Assembly: GCA_964571085.1 (NCBI GenBank)
Contig: CAZMZT010000002.1
Span: forward strand, 2,784-66,783
DNA: 64,000 bases
Direction: 5' to 3'
Source of the DNA: an uncultured Candidatus Saccharibacteria bacterium
Lineage (GTDB): Bacteria; Patescibacteriota; Minisyncoccia; Phycocordibacterales; UBA9973
In this document: positions 17,530 to 27,628 of the stretch, piece after piece
Position numbering within the stretch: position 1 is the stretch's first letter
How the letters are laid out: every line of letters begins with the position of its first letter
Program-made: the position numbers and the translations under genes
The notes under the pieces: generated by a model
What the model saw: only the letters and a program-made list of their open reading frames with translations
Told to the model about the DNA's origin: nothing
Database searches by the model: none

Positions 17530-18093
17530 ATGTCTAAAATTTCAACAACATTAGCAATTTCTCTTATGGTAGTAACAAGTGTTTTGGGGTGGGTTGCTGG
17601 GTATGCCAGTACTGCTGACTATAAAATGAGTATGTACGACAAAACAACTATGGATTTTGGTCGTCCAGATCGAACACTCGACCTTCGTTATATTAATGCA
17701 ATGATTGCTCATCACAGAGGAGCTATGCTCTTGGCTACACAAGCAGGTACACAGACACAGCGACAAGAGATGAAAGATCTCTCTGCAATGATTCTTCGCG
17801 ATGAACCAAAAGCAATTGATGAGCTATACACATGGAAAAAAGACTGGTATGGAGATACAAAACAAGTAAAGGACCCAATCGTTTCTAATCTTGGAACGTA
17901 TGATGAGAAATTTGATCTTCGCTTTCTTAATGCACTTATCGCACACCATGAAGCTGGATTGCTCATGACAAAAGAAATAAAGACCAAGTCTAGTAGAACT
18001 GAAATTTTAAATAATGCGGATGCAGTTGATACATTCCTTACAACAACACTTAAACTCTTCAAAGACTGGAGAACACAGTGGTATAACATCTAA
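17530..18093 (+). CDS. DUF305 family secreted/lipoprotein (metal-homeostasis associated)
   Basis: There is an N-terminal signal/TM segment. The duplicated motifs LRYINAMIAHHRGAMLLA and LRFLNALIAHHEAGLLM are the paired HH motifs of DUF305. Confidence 0.6.
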   Translation: MSKISTTLAISLMVVTSVLGWVAGYASTADYKMSMYDKTTMDFGRPDRTLDLRYINAMIAHHRGAMLLATQAGTQTQRQEMKDLSAMILRDEPKAIDELYTWKKDWYGDTKQVKDPIVSNLGTYDEKFDLRFLNALIAHHEAGLLMTKEIKTKSSRTEILNNADAVDTFLTTTLKLFKDWRTQWYNI

Positions 18094-18107
18094 TATAAAA
18101 TCCCTAT

Positions 18108-20378
18108 ATGACAAATAAAACACTAAAAATTAAAGGGATGCATTGTGCAAGTTGTGCAACTATTATCACCAACAAGGTTTCTAAACTTGGAGGTGTAGAT
18201 GCTGTTAGCGTTAATTTTGCGACGGAAAAAGCAAATGTGTCTTTTGATGATGCTGTTGTTTCTATCCATCAAATGAATAATGAGGTTGAAAAATTAGGGT
18301 ACACATTTATTGATGAAACGAGTTCACATCCTATGGAAGACCACAGTATGCATACTGGAATCAACGAATCAAAAGACGAAAAAATGAAAGAGCTTCTTGT
18401 TATGAAGACAAAAACTCAGTTTGTACTACCGATTGCTCTTCTTGTCTTTATTTTGATGATGTGGGATATAGGAGCAAAATTATTTACTTCAGTTCCAAAT
18501 CTTCCGTTACCGATGTCCATTTTCAACACCATCTCTATGGTACTTGCTAGTGTTGTATTGTTTTGGATTGGACAACCCTTTTTACAAGGAGTAGTAAAAT
18601 TTGCTAAATATCGTGTTGCTAATATGGATACTCTCATTGGTATTGGAACATTTGTTGCATACCTTTACAGTATCTGTATCACGTTATTCCCTTTAATGAG
18701 GGTAGCTTTAAAACTTCCTGAGACCACTTACTTTGATGTCACTATCGTAGTAATTGGTTTCGTGATGTTAGGTAAATACCTCGAAGCACGATCAAAACTT
18801 CGTACAGGTGAAGCGATAGAAAAACTTCTCGGACTCCAAGCAAAAACTGCATTACTATGGCGTAATGGTACTGAAGTAGAAGTACCAGTCAGTGAAGTGC
18901 AGATTGGAGATATTATTATCGTAAAACCAGGATCAAAGATTCCTGTAGACGGAATTATTGTGGAAGGATATTCATCTATTGATGAGTCAATGATTACTGG
19001 TGAACCAATTCCTGTTGATAAAAAAACTGATGATTTTGTTGTTGGAGCAACAATCAATAAGCAAGGAAATTTCAAATTCAAAGCTACAAAAATTGGATCC
19101 GACACTGTGCTCGCTCAAATCATAAAGATGGTTGAGGATGCTCAAGGATCAAAAGCTCCCATACAAGCAATGGCTGACAAAATTTCTAGCGTGTTTGTGC
19201 CAATCGTACTTGGCATAGCGGTACTCACTCTACTCCTTTGGCTTACCGTAGGTACATCAGCTCTCGGTTTCTCAACAGCACTTTCTTATGGAATTCTTTC
19301 TTTTGTAGGAGTTCTTGTTATCGCATGTCCATGTGCATTAGGACTCGCCACACCTACAGCTATTATTGTCGGGGTAGGAAAAGGAGCAGAACACGGAATC
19401 CTCATTCGCAATGCTGAAACCCTCGAAAAACTTAGCCATGTAGATACTGTCGTTCTTGATAAGACAGGAACGATCACAAAAGGAAAACCTGAAGTAACCG
19501 ATATTATTTCTCTTGATACTGCATGGACAGAAACAGATATACTACGAGCAAGTGCTAGTGTAGAAAAGCTTTCTGAACACCCTCTCGCAGATGCTGTTGT
19601 CGTTAAGGCAACCGAACAAAACATACTTCTTGAAACGGTTACAAATTTCCAAGCACTCGAAGGTGTCGGAGTAGAAGGAATGATTGGTAATAAGCACATA
19701 GTAATCCATAAGCCATCGAAAAGTGGCACTGTTACAGATAATATTAAAGAACTACAAGAACAAGGTAAGACAGTTGTTATTATAGAAGTTGGTAAAAAAC
19801 AGATCGGTCTTATCGCACTATCAGATACTCTAAAAGAAGAGTCAAAAGAAGCTGTAGCAAAACTTCATACAAGAAATATTAAAGTAATAATGCTCACAGG
19901 AGATAACTATTTGGCAGCAAGCTATATAGCGAAACTTGCGGGCATTGATGCTGTTATTGCAGAAGTAATACCTCAAGAAAAAGCTGGAAAGATAAAAGAA
20001 TTACAAGATGGTGGTGCGATTGTTGCAATGGTTGGCGATGGTATTAATGATGCCCCTGCTCTTGTACAGGCCGATGTCGGTATTGCTATGGGTACAGGTA
20101 CAGATGTGGCAATAGAATCAGCAGGTATCACGCTCCTCGGAGGAGACGTTTCAAAGATTGCACAAGCGATCAAGTTATCAAAAATGACAATGCGAGGTAT
20201 AAAGCAAAATCTTTTCTGGGCTTTTATATTCAATGTGGTAGGCATTCCTCTTGCTGCAGGACTCTTTTACCCAGCATTTGGATGGTTGTTAAATCCAGCG
20301 TTTGCAGGACTCGCTATGGCATTCTCAAGTGTCTCTGTAGTATCGAACTCATTAAGAATTAAGGCAAAGAAATTATAA
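18108..20378 (+). CDS. copA: Copper-translocating P1B-type ATPase
   Basis: The N-terminal HMA domain is [11 protein letters not shown]. The motifs include the CPC in ...[12 protein letters not shown]..., DKTGT, and [10 protein letters not shown]. There are 8 TM helices. Confidence 0.9.
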   Translation: MTNKTLKIKGMHCASCATIITNKVSKLGGVDAVSVNFATEKANVSFDDAVVSIHQMNNEVEKLGYTFIDETSSHPMEDHSMHTGINESKDEKMKELLVMKTKTQFVLPIALLVFILMMWDIGAKLFTSVPNLPLPMSIFNTISMVLASVVLFWIGQPFLQGVVKFAKYRVANMDTLIGIGTFVAYLYSICITLFPLMRVALKLPETTYFDVTIVVIGFVMLGKYLEARSKLRTGEAIEKLLGLQAKTALLWRNGTEVEVPVSEVQIGDIIIVKPGSKIPVDGIIVEGYSSIDESMITGEPIPVDKKTDDFVVGATINKQGNFKFKATKIGSDTVLAQIIKMVEDAQGSKAPIQAMADKISSVFVPIVLGIAVLTLLLWLTVGTSALGFSTALSYGILSFVGVLVIACPCALGLATPTAIIVGVGKGAEHGILIRNAETLEKLSHVDTVVLDKTGTITKGKPEVTDIISLDTAWTETDILRASASVEKLSEHPLADAVVVKATEQNILLETVTNFQALEGVGVEGMIGNKHIVIHKPSKSGTVTDNIKELQEQGKTVVIIEVGKKQIGLIALSDTLKEESKEAVAKLHTRNIKVIMLTGDNYLAASYIAKLAGIDAVIAEVIPQEKAGKIKELQDGGAIVAMVGDGINDAPALVQADVGIAMGTGTDVAIESAGITLLGGDVSKIAQAIKLSKMTMRGIKQNLFWAFIFNVVGIPLAAGLFYPAFGWLLNPAFAGLAMAFSSVSVVSNSLRIKAKKL

Positions 20379-20379
20379 T

Positions 20380-21387
20380 ATGAAAAATTACATACTACAT
20401 GTTTCTGGAACTCATTGTGCGTCATGCAAAATACTAATTGAAGATATTCTTGTTGATCAAGATATTGTCAAAGGTGTTAATGTAAATCTAAAAAATGAAA
20501 TTGTCCATATTGATACTGATAGCAATAGTAGCCCAGAGGAGATAGCGTCATTACTTACTGAAAAAATTAAATCGCACGGATACACTCTTTCTGTTGAGAA
20601 AATAATCAAAGAAAAACAATCTGATGACATTATTTGGAAAGCAATACCAATTGGTCTTGTGTTCTTGATATTATTCTTCATTCTTCAAAAATCAGGTATT
20701 TTGAATCTCGGCATTGGTGGAAAAACTACACCTGCTACAAGTTTTATTATCGGGATCGTAGCTTCAGTTTCGAGTTGTCTTGCAATCGTAGGAGGTCTTG
20801 TGTTATCACTCTCAGCAAAAATATCACAAGATAATGTGAGTGATACAAAAACTTTTGCACTTTTCCATATTGGAAGAATCGGGAGCTTCGCACTACTCGG
20901 CGGAGTACTAGGACTAGTCGGGAATGCTATCGGTATTAGTTTTACATTTACTGCAATTTTAGGAATTATTGCTTCTCTTGTTATGCTATTTCTCGGATTA
21001 AATTTAGTCGGTGTATTCGAAAAAAATAAAATTACATTACCTTCAGGAATCTTCAACTTTTTTCGCAAAATTGAACATAAAACTTTTACACCTCTGATAA
21101 TTGGTTTTGGTACATTCTTCTTACCTTGTGGTTTTACTCAATCAATGCAAGTAGTTGCACTCTCTAGTGGATCATTTATCTCTGGAATGATGATTATGCT
21201 TGCATTTGCTCTTGGGACTCTTCCTGTTCTCTTACTCTTATCATTTGGTGGAGCTTCACTTGCTCACGGGAAGCATGCACCACTATTCTTTAAGTCAGCA
21301 GGTGTCGTAGTGATCGGTCTTGGGATCTTCGCATTGCTCGCTGGTCTTGTAGGTGTCGGTATTATTAACCCTTTGTTTAATATATAA
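20380..21387 (+). CDS. HMA-domain (GTHCASCK) fused to a multi-TM permease-like domain (CcdA/TauE-like); putative copper chaperone-permease
   Basis: The N-terminal metal-binding HMA fold is followed by ~8 hydrophobic helices with a ...FFLPCGF... motif. The start is 1 nt after the copA stop. Confidence 0.4.
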   Translation: MKNYILHVSGTHCASCKILIEDILVDQDIVKGVNVNLKNEIVHIDTDSNSSPEEIASLLTEKIKSHGYTLSVEKIIKEKQSDDIIWKAIPIGLVFLILFFILQKSGILNLGIGGKTTPATSFIIGIVASVSSCLAIVGGLVLSLSAKISQDNVSDTKTFALFHIGRIGSFALLGGVLGLVGNAIGISFTFTAILGIIASLVMLFLGLNLVGVFEKNKITLPSGIFNFFRKIEHKTFTPLIIGFGTFFLPCGFTQSMQVVALSSGSFISGMMIMLAFALGTLPVLLLLSFGGASLAHGKHAPLFFKSAGVVVIGLGIFALLAGLVGVGIINPLFNI

Positions 21388-21394
21388 TTATCAT

Positions 21395-21790
21395 ATGAAT
21401 AAAACTGTCTCAATTATTATCATTAGTGCACTTCTTATAGGTATAGGAATCGTTGTTTTGGGTGGGGCATCAAAGGGTGGATCAGAAAGTGCTACAGGAG
21501 TGCAAAACAGCGAAATAAGAGACGGTGTACAGTACATAACCATAGATGCCAAAGCAGGATATTCTCCCAGGGTATCTATGGCAAAAGCAGGTATCCCTAC
21601 AAAGTTAATAGTAAAAACCAATGGTACTTACGACTGCTCTGCTTCTTTGGTTATTAAATCATTAAACTATCAAAAAATTCTTTCTCAGACAGGAGAAGAA
21701 ATTATCGATATTGGGACACCGGTAGCAGGAACTCCGTTGAGAGGGGTCTGTGGTATGGGAATGTATAACTTCCTTATTAACTTTAGTTAA
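21395..21790 (+). CDS. Small secreted cupredoxin-like protein
   Basis: It has a signal anchor and a beta-rich ~100-aa domain with C/M residues (...RGVCGMGMY...). It sits at the end of the copper operon. The fold assignment is tentative. Confidence 0.35.
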   Translation: MNKTVSIIIISALLIGIGIVVLGGASKGGSESATGVQNSEIRDGVQYITIDAKAGYSPRVSMAKAGIPTKLIVKTNGTYDCSASLVIKSLNYQKILSQTGEEIIDIGTPVAGTPLRGVCGMGMYNFLINFS

Positions 21791-22259
21791 GGTATATACA
21801 TTTTTCTTTAAGTACTATTTTACTTTTAAAACAAGTTAGTAACCCCCGCTTTTCTTCAATAGAACCATCTTTCAAAATAAATTTAGCATAGTTACGAATA
21901 TCAATATCGTTTACTTGTATTTCTTGTTTGATGCCAAGAACCGACTGTTGAAACTTCTTTATTCTCTGAACCTCTTCCTTAATCTTATCTTTCATTCCTA
22001 TCTCATTAATACTTATCTGATTGAGTAGTTTTTCAAATTGTTCTATAAGTTCAACCTCGTTGATATAGCCACATTTACAATCTTTGTCTTTGGCTTTCGT
22101 ACATCCATAGTAGATATGACGATTAACAGATCCGTCTTTAAGCTTCTTAAACTTCTCATCAGCACATATACCAGAACCACATAGACCACAAATCATCATT
22201 CTGGTAAAAGCAAATTCTTTAGGTTCTTGCGTTCTTAATACTTGGCTTAAAAAGACCAA
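21783..22259 (-). pseudogene. 5'-truncated paralog of the large serine recombinase (C-terminal ~158 aa only)
   Basis: ...LRTQEPKEFAFTRMMICGLCGSGICADEKFKKLKDGSVNRHIYYGCT... aligns with residues ~285-439 of the 8807..10126 product. The N-terminal catalytic domain is missing. Confidence 0.7.
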
Positions 22260-22610
22260 TAGTCAAGAAGACCTTGTTTATTTTATAGAAAAAATAAAAT
22301 CCGAGTTTACTAATCTTGATTTTCTTGCACGTATATTATTGGCTAACCCAAACGAGTTATTTATTAAATCTTTAGCAAATGCAATTTTGAGTACAAAATT
22401 AGAAGAAGAGGGTAAAATAACAAATTTGAAAGTTCCTGAAGTAGAGACTGTTGTTAGAAATATAAATGTAATTCATATTGATTTTTCTGGTATTGACCTT
22501 AAAGAGAGAGGTACAGATGAAGGGCCACTAGCAGTAAAGGATAATTCAGAGTTCTAGTTTGTTTAAGTGCTCAAAGACCATCAAAAAGTTAAGATAAAAT
22601 TGTTAAAGAT

Positions 22611-22660
22611 AACCTTACTGGACTTGCCCGACCACGGCTCTTGCTCAAAGACGCCAGCCA
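22611..22660. repeat. Element-end repeat R2
   Basis: AACCTTACTGGACTTGCCCGACCACGGCTCTTGCTCAAAGACGCCAGCCA is a close copy of R1 and R3. Confidence 0.6.
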
Positions 22661-22784
22661 GGAACAGGGTGAGGAATATCTAAGGCTTAATCCAGAGAAG
22701 ACATGAGAATGATAGTCCTCACATTAACCAGTGCCACTTTTATCGTATTTTATAAAATCTATTTAATAATCTATAATAGACATT

Positions 22785-23396
22785 ATGAATTTATTGGAAA
22801 ATCTATTATTTTCGCTTATTACAGGTATTATCTCAAGTATCATTGTAGTTATATATTTTGAATATCAGCAGAATAAAAAGCATAAACTCTCGCATGCACA
22901 TATTTTACATAAATTTATCAGTCAAATGTTCGGCATCCTAACAGTTATCAGGGTTTCTGCCGATTTGCCATATCCAAGAGGCAACAATCAGAATGAGATA
23001 CTAGTAAAACTAGAGGAAATATTGGGTCGAAAGAACCCAAGTGTACTTATGGGAAGAATACCTAATTTGGGTGGAGATAAACATAAGTACATTTATGAAC
23101 AGCTCCTTATGGCTCGGCAGTCATTATCGATGCTTTTTTCTGATTCAATTGCACACAAAACCATTGACGGAAAAATTTCTGCTTCTATAGCCGAGGCTCA
23201 AGTTTGGGTTGAAGCAGTCCTTTCTAACTACCAGTTATTTCCAGAAATTTTAAATAATCAGGCTGATACTTTAATGATAACGAGTTGGACTACTAGTATA
23301 TTTAATCTTACGGAAAATACCTTTGGGATACTCACTAATACATTAGCTAGAAAGGAGGTTCCAGATGAAATGTTACGTTGGGGTACTCGTGGATAG
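22785..23396 (+). CDS. Hypothetical protein with an N-terminal TM helix (sole ORF of mini-element 3)
   Basis: 203-aa ORF between repeats R2 and R3 with no recognizable motifs. Confidence 0.3.
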   Translation: MNLLENLLFSLITGIISSIIVVIYFEYQQNKKHKLSHAHILHKFISQMFGILTVIRVSADLPYPRGNNQNEILVKLEEILGRKNPSVLMGRIPNLGGDKHKYIYEQLLMARQSLSMLFSDSIAHKTIDGKISASIAEAQVWVEAVLSNYQLFPEILNNQADTLMITSWTTSIFNLTENTFGILTNTLARKEVPDEMLRWGTRG

Positions 23397-23441
23397 TATG
23401 TCTGAGAAGGTTTGAAATGGTATAATAAAAGTGTTAGTAAT

Positions 23442-23491
23442 AACCTTACTCTACTTGACCGACCACGACTCTTGCTCAAAGACACCAGCCA
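23442..23491. repeat. Element-end repeat R3
   Basis: AACCTTACTCTACTTGACCGACCACGACTCTTGCTCAAAGACACCAGCCA. Confidence 0.6.
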
Positions 23492-23555
23492 AGTCGTGCT
23501 AAATCGAGATTCGTCGAAACCCCATTGGTTGCATTGTTTATAGTATAATTAAAAA

Positions 23556-23894
23556 ATGAAAGTCATAAAAAAATCAAATGAAACTTTTGTTCGTGGAGAT
23601 GCTCACGGAGGGAGTGGTGGTAGAAAGTTGTTAGTAGCTGACAACGAAATGAAAAATGTACAAGGTATGACATATGGTTTTTTGCCTGCAGGTTCAAAGT
23701 TTGCTTGGCATAATCATGACAAATTGAATGAGGTTATGTATGTAATAAAAGGAAAAGGAACAGTTCGCGATGAAGATGATACATACTCTTACTCTGCAGG
23801 AGATTTATTTATATTTCCAGAAGAAGTTTTTCACGAAATTGAAAATACATCGGAAGAAGAGAACGAATATATTTTTGTGCGAGTTTACAAATAA
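23556..23894 (+). CDS. Cupin-domain protein
   Basis: ...WHNHDKLNEVMYVIKGKGTV...GDLFIFPEEVFHEIEN... is a cupin_2-like two-motif pattern. Confidence 0.5.
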   Translation: MKVIKKSNETFVRGDAHGGSGGRKLLVADNEMKNVQGMTYGFLPAGSKFAWHNHDKLNEVMYVIKGKGTVRDEDDTYSYSAGDLFIFPEEVFHEIENTSEEENEYIFVRVYK

Positions 23895-23900
23895 AATATA

Positions 23901-24440
23901 ATGACCAAACAAAAATTATCCTCAAAACAGTTTCTCTTGATAGTAAATGGACCATCTTGTGGTGGTAAATCTTCTGTTTCAAATATTATATTTGAGAAAT
24001 ACGGAGGAATATTCAATGCAAACAGCGATCGTATCAAGTGGCTGATATCTGACTATGAAGCTACCACTCACAGGAATATTGTTCACAAGATGACTCTCGA
24101 GCTTATAAAGGTTGCCTTAAAAGAAGGTCTATCAATACTTAAAGAAGGTGGTTTATTTAATCCAGAAGAAGTTGTGCAGATTGCAAAAGATCACGACATA
24201 CCTCTCTTTATTGCAAATATTTCTGCTCCAAAGGAAGTCCTGGATCAACGATTCCTAGAGAGGATAGAAGCCAAGAAAAATGGAGCCAAGATTTCAAACG
24301 TAGACCCAGAACGCTTCAATGAGCTTTTTGAGATGTATCTGGATACCAAGATGGATTCTCCTCTTGAGTTTGACTCCTCTGTACAAACACCTGAACAAAT
24401 ATCCACTGCTATAACTGATTACATCCAAACACATATTTAG
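23901..24440 (+). CDS. P-loop kinase (CPT/zeta-toxin-like small kinase family)
   Basis: Walker A is at LIVNGPSCGGKSSVS. The protein is 179 aa. Confidence 0.4.
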   Translation: MTKQKLSSKQFLLIVNGPSCGGKSSVSNIIFEKYGGIFNANSDRIKWLISDYEATTHRNIVHKMTLELIKVALKEGLSILKEGGLFNPEEVVQIAKDHDIPLFIANISAPKEVLDQRFLERIEAKKNGAKISNVDPERFNELFEMYLDTKMDSPLEFDSSVQTPEQISTAITDYIQTHI

Positions 24441-24479
24441 TTTATTATATAGTTTTTACTATTTTAAGTAATAACCCTC

Positions 24480-24851
24480 ATGAAAACTTTCTCTAGTGTA
24501 CAAGAATACATAAAAGACGTTCCGAAAGAATTCCTCCCAAAGGTAAAAGAAATGAGAGCTTTGGCAAAGAAGTTTGTTCCCAAAGGCAAGGAGAGTATAA
24601 AGTACGGCATACCCACTATAGAGCTAGATGGGGAGAACTTCATACATTTTGCCGGGATGAAAGGCCATCTAGGGTTCTATCCAGCACCATCTGGGGTGAA
24701 GGCTTTTGAAAGCGAGCTCAAGAAGAAAGGTATCAGCTATTCCAAAGGTTGCATCAGGTTCCCTTATGACCAGCCACTCCCAGTACCTCTAATCACCAAG
24801 ATTATAAAGTTTCGCCTAAAGGAAAACCTTGGTAAAATAAAGAATAAGTAA
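24480..24851 (+). CDS. DUF1801 domain protein
   Basis: 123 aa with a YdhG-like pattern (...KYGIPTIELDGENFIHFAGMKGHLGFYP...). Confidence 0.4.
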   Translation: MKTFSSVQEYIKDVPKEFLPKVKEMRALAKKFVPKGKESIKYGIPTIELDGENFIHFAGMKGHLGFYPAPSGVKAFESELKKKGISYSKGCIRFPYDQPLPVPLITKIIKFRLKENLGKIKNK

Positions 24852-24875
24852 ATTATAAGAATAATATATAAACAT

Positions 24876-25334
24876 ATGAAAGAAAAAATGCATTTCGAGA
24901 TGGAGATCTACGCTCCTGTACAGAAAGTATGGGACACAATGCTAGAAAAGGAGTCATACAAAGAGTGGACTACTGCTTTTGACCCGACTTCATCCTACGA
25001 AGGTTCATGGGAGAAGGGGAGCAAGATGAAGTTCATATCTACTACCAATGGCGACGGCATGATATCTGAAATAGCAGAGAACATTCCTTACAAGTTTATC
25101 TCTATCAAGCATTTAGGCGAAATAAAGGGTGGAGTAGAAGACACCACCAGCGACAAAGTCAAAACATGGACCCCAGCCTATGAGAACTATACATTTGCCG
25201 ACAAAGGTATGGGGACGCTACTTGCTGTAGATATGGAGTCGCCATCTACTCCAGAATCCAAAGCTATGAAAGAAATGTTTGAAGACATGTGGCCCAAAGC
25301 ACTCCTTAGGCTAAAGGAAATCTGCGAGAGGTAG
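24876..25334 (+). CDS. SRPBCC superfamily protein (AHSA1/polyketide-cyclase-like)
   Basis: 152-aa ORF with the N-terminus ...HFEMEIYAPVQKVWDTMLEKESYKEW.... Confidence 0.45.
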   Translation: MKEKMHFEMEIYAPVQKVWDTMLEKESYKEWTTAFDPTSSYEGSWEKGSKMKFISTTNGDGMISEIAENIPYKFISIKHLGEIKGGVEDTTSDKVKTWTPAYENYTFADKGMGTLLAVDMESPSTPESKAMKEMFEDMWPKALLRLKEICER

Positions 25335-26198
25335 AAAACTCAGGCAAAAGATTATAGCTCGCCATAAAAAGGCTCTGACATAGATTTGATGTCAGAGCCT
25401 TTTTATGGTAGTTTTATGGAAACATCATCATTAACCCTAAAATCAATGCTTATGACAAAGAAGGTTTTTGTCCCTAGGATGAATGGGCTAAGTGATGCCC
25501 AGATAGATAATGAACTAGATCGTATAAAAGAGACCTACAAATTCCTAACACCAAAGGATATGGAATGGATAAAGCAATATAGCGAACCCTATTCAGATCA
25601 CGAAGGAGTTATCCTTACAGAAGGCGGGACATATCCTGTCTATCCTTCATTTGATATGAATCGCACATCTTTTCTCAGAAATAATCGCGGTGGGGAGGTC
25701 TGGAAATTTGAATCCGAAAAATGAATGACTGCTTTCATACCATGAAGGCAGTCATTTTAATACCAATCTGATATAATAATTTTATGCAAAAATCCGTACA
25801 CAATGCACCCCCAATACTTTACCGGCTCTCAGCTGACCTCATATTTATCTTTCACTTCACAGTGGTGATGATCATACTCTTTGGCTGGCTTGTTCCTGCT
25901 ATATGGCCACTGTATATGTTCACACTTGTCGTGTCTCTTGTCTCTGACGTTGTGTTTGGCTACTGCCTACTGAGCAAATGGGAGTTTGTTCTACGTAAAA
26001 AGTTCAACCCAAGCATAGACTACCACTACGACTTTACTACTTACTATACATACCGACTGACCAACCGCACCATACGCGACAGCTTTATGAAAACTGCTGC
26101 GATTACTTTTATATCGCTTTCAATCTTGATCAGCATTGTGTTTCGTTTTTTGGTATAATGTAAATAGTAAAATATTTACCCTTAATTTATTAAATCAT

Positions 26199-26954
26199 AT
26201 GTCAAAAGTAACAATTGGTGCGCTAGTAGCTATAGTATTAATAGTCGGTGGGTACCTTGCCTTTAAAGGCAACAAAGAAGTAGACACAATCAACATCTAC
26301 AACAGTGAGGGTACTGAGGTAAAGAACGATAGTGGCAAGAAGATGGCCTTCTCGCAGTTTATCAAGAATCCAGGTGGTTCATACAAATGCGAGGTCAAGC
26401 AAGTGATTAGTGATTTTGATACTAGTGGCACAGTTTATGTAAGTAACGGCAAGATAAAGGGTGACTACACTACAATAGCCGAAGGCAAAACAATGAAGAC
26501 TTCATTCATCATGCGTGACGGGTATTCATATATGTGGGGAGACATGATGATGGGCTCAGGATTCAAAGTAAAGATTCCTGATATCACTACTGCTACAAAT
26601 ACCAATCTGGACACATCAGGAACATACACTTGGAATGCAGAGCAGATAGGTGACTATGATTGTCAGCCATGGGTGGCCAGTGAGGCCATGTTTAGCTTGC
26701 CAGCTAAAGTTGTATTTAAAGACCTGAGTCAAAATGAAGTCAGTATACTGCCTCCGCCTCAGATAGATGTTGCTGGTGTTTGTACAAACACTGGGGGTAC
26801 ATGGTCTGCAGAGTACCGAGAATGTAACGGTATAAACGAGAACATTTGTAAAGCAATAGGAGGCACGTACAACGGATGTGCCTCAGCATGCCGACATGAC
26901 CCAAAGGCAGAGATGTGCACAATGCAATGTGTCCAGATATGTACGCTTAAATAG
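26199..26954 (+). CDS. Secreted Cys-rich protein (signal anchor; C-terminal multi-Cys module)
   Basis: The start is taken at MSKVTIGALVAIVL. The C-terminal ~70 aa contain 10 Cys. Confidence 0.35.
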   Translation: MSKVTIGALVAIVLIVGGYLAFKGNKEVDTINIYNSEGTEVKNDSGKKMAFSQFIKNPGGSYKCEVKQVISDFDTSGTVYVSNGKIKGDYTTIAEGKTMKTSFIMRDGYSYMWGDMMMGSGFKVKIPDITTATNTNLDTSGTYTWNAEQIGDYDCQPWVASEAMFSLPAKVVFKDLSQNEVSILPPPQIDVAGVCTNTGGTWSAEYRECNGINENICKAIGGTYNGCASACRHDPKAEMCTMQCVQICTLK

Positions 26955-26968
26955 AATTATTCAAAAGT

Positions 26969-27412
26969 ATGAAGAAGAATTTCGATCCCGAGTTCAAGCC
27001 TGACCTGACACCCAAGCAGATGCTTGCGCTCGGGGTTTTCGATGGTTGGTATGTCGACAACGACTATATAAAAGAATTCCCAAAGGATTGGTTTACTCGA
27101 GCAAAACTTTCGAAAACTAACGGGCCTGATGTAAACCTTAACTTCTTTAAAGTTCATGCTAGTCAGCCACTCTCAGTGTGGCAGAAGAAGGGCTGGATAC
27201 ACAAGGACGACCCTAGAGGGTGGTTTCAGTGGTACTGCAGGTACTACATGGGTCGCAGGCACCAGGATGATGCTAGACAGATAAAGAGGTGGAAGGCTAT
27301 GAGCCGACATGTGGCCCAGGTATCAAACAATTGCCGAGCAGGGGACATAAACTGCCGTCCCCGCCAGCGCCAAGCCCTACTCCACTGGGCTTATGATAGT
27401 AGGAAGATATAA
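26969..27412 (+). CDS. Hypothetical protein (GC-richer than its surroundings)
   Basis: 147-aa ORF. Codon usage shifts toward G/C-ending codons. Confidence 0.3.
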   Translation: MKKNFDPEFKPDLTPKQMLALGVFDGWYVDNDYIKEFPKDWFTRAKLSKTNGPDVNLNFFKVHASQPLSVWQKKGWIHKDDPRGWFQWYCRYYMGRRHQDDARQIKRWKAMSRHVAQVSNNCRAGDINCRPRQRQALLHWAYDSRKI

Positions 27413-27628
27413 ACTGTTGACAGGAACTATAGATAGGTGTAATAATTAAGATTCAAGACAATTGAATTGTTATTTGAAAAATGTAAGGCCCAATCGATAT
27501 ATTTACAATCTAACGATATGCAACCTGACTATTGCAGGTCTATATGTATCCGTTATTTCCAATAAATATAGTGCTTTACCAAATAGTAAAATAGCTTTTC
27601 TATTTTTTTAATTCTTAAATTTTAAGAC

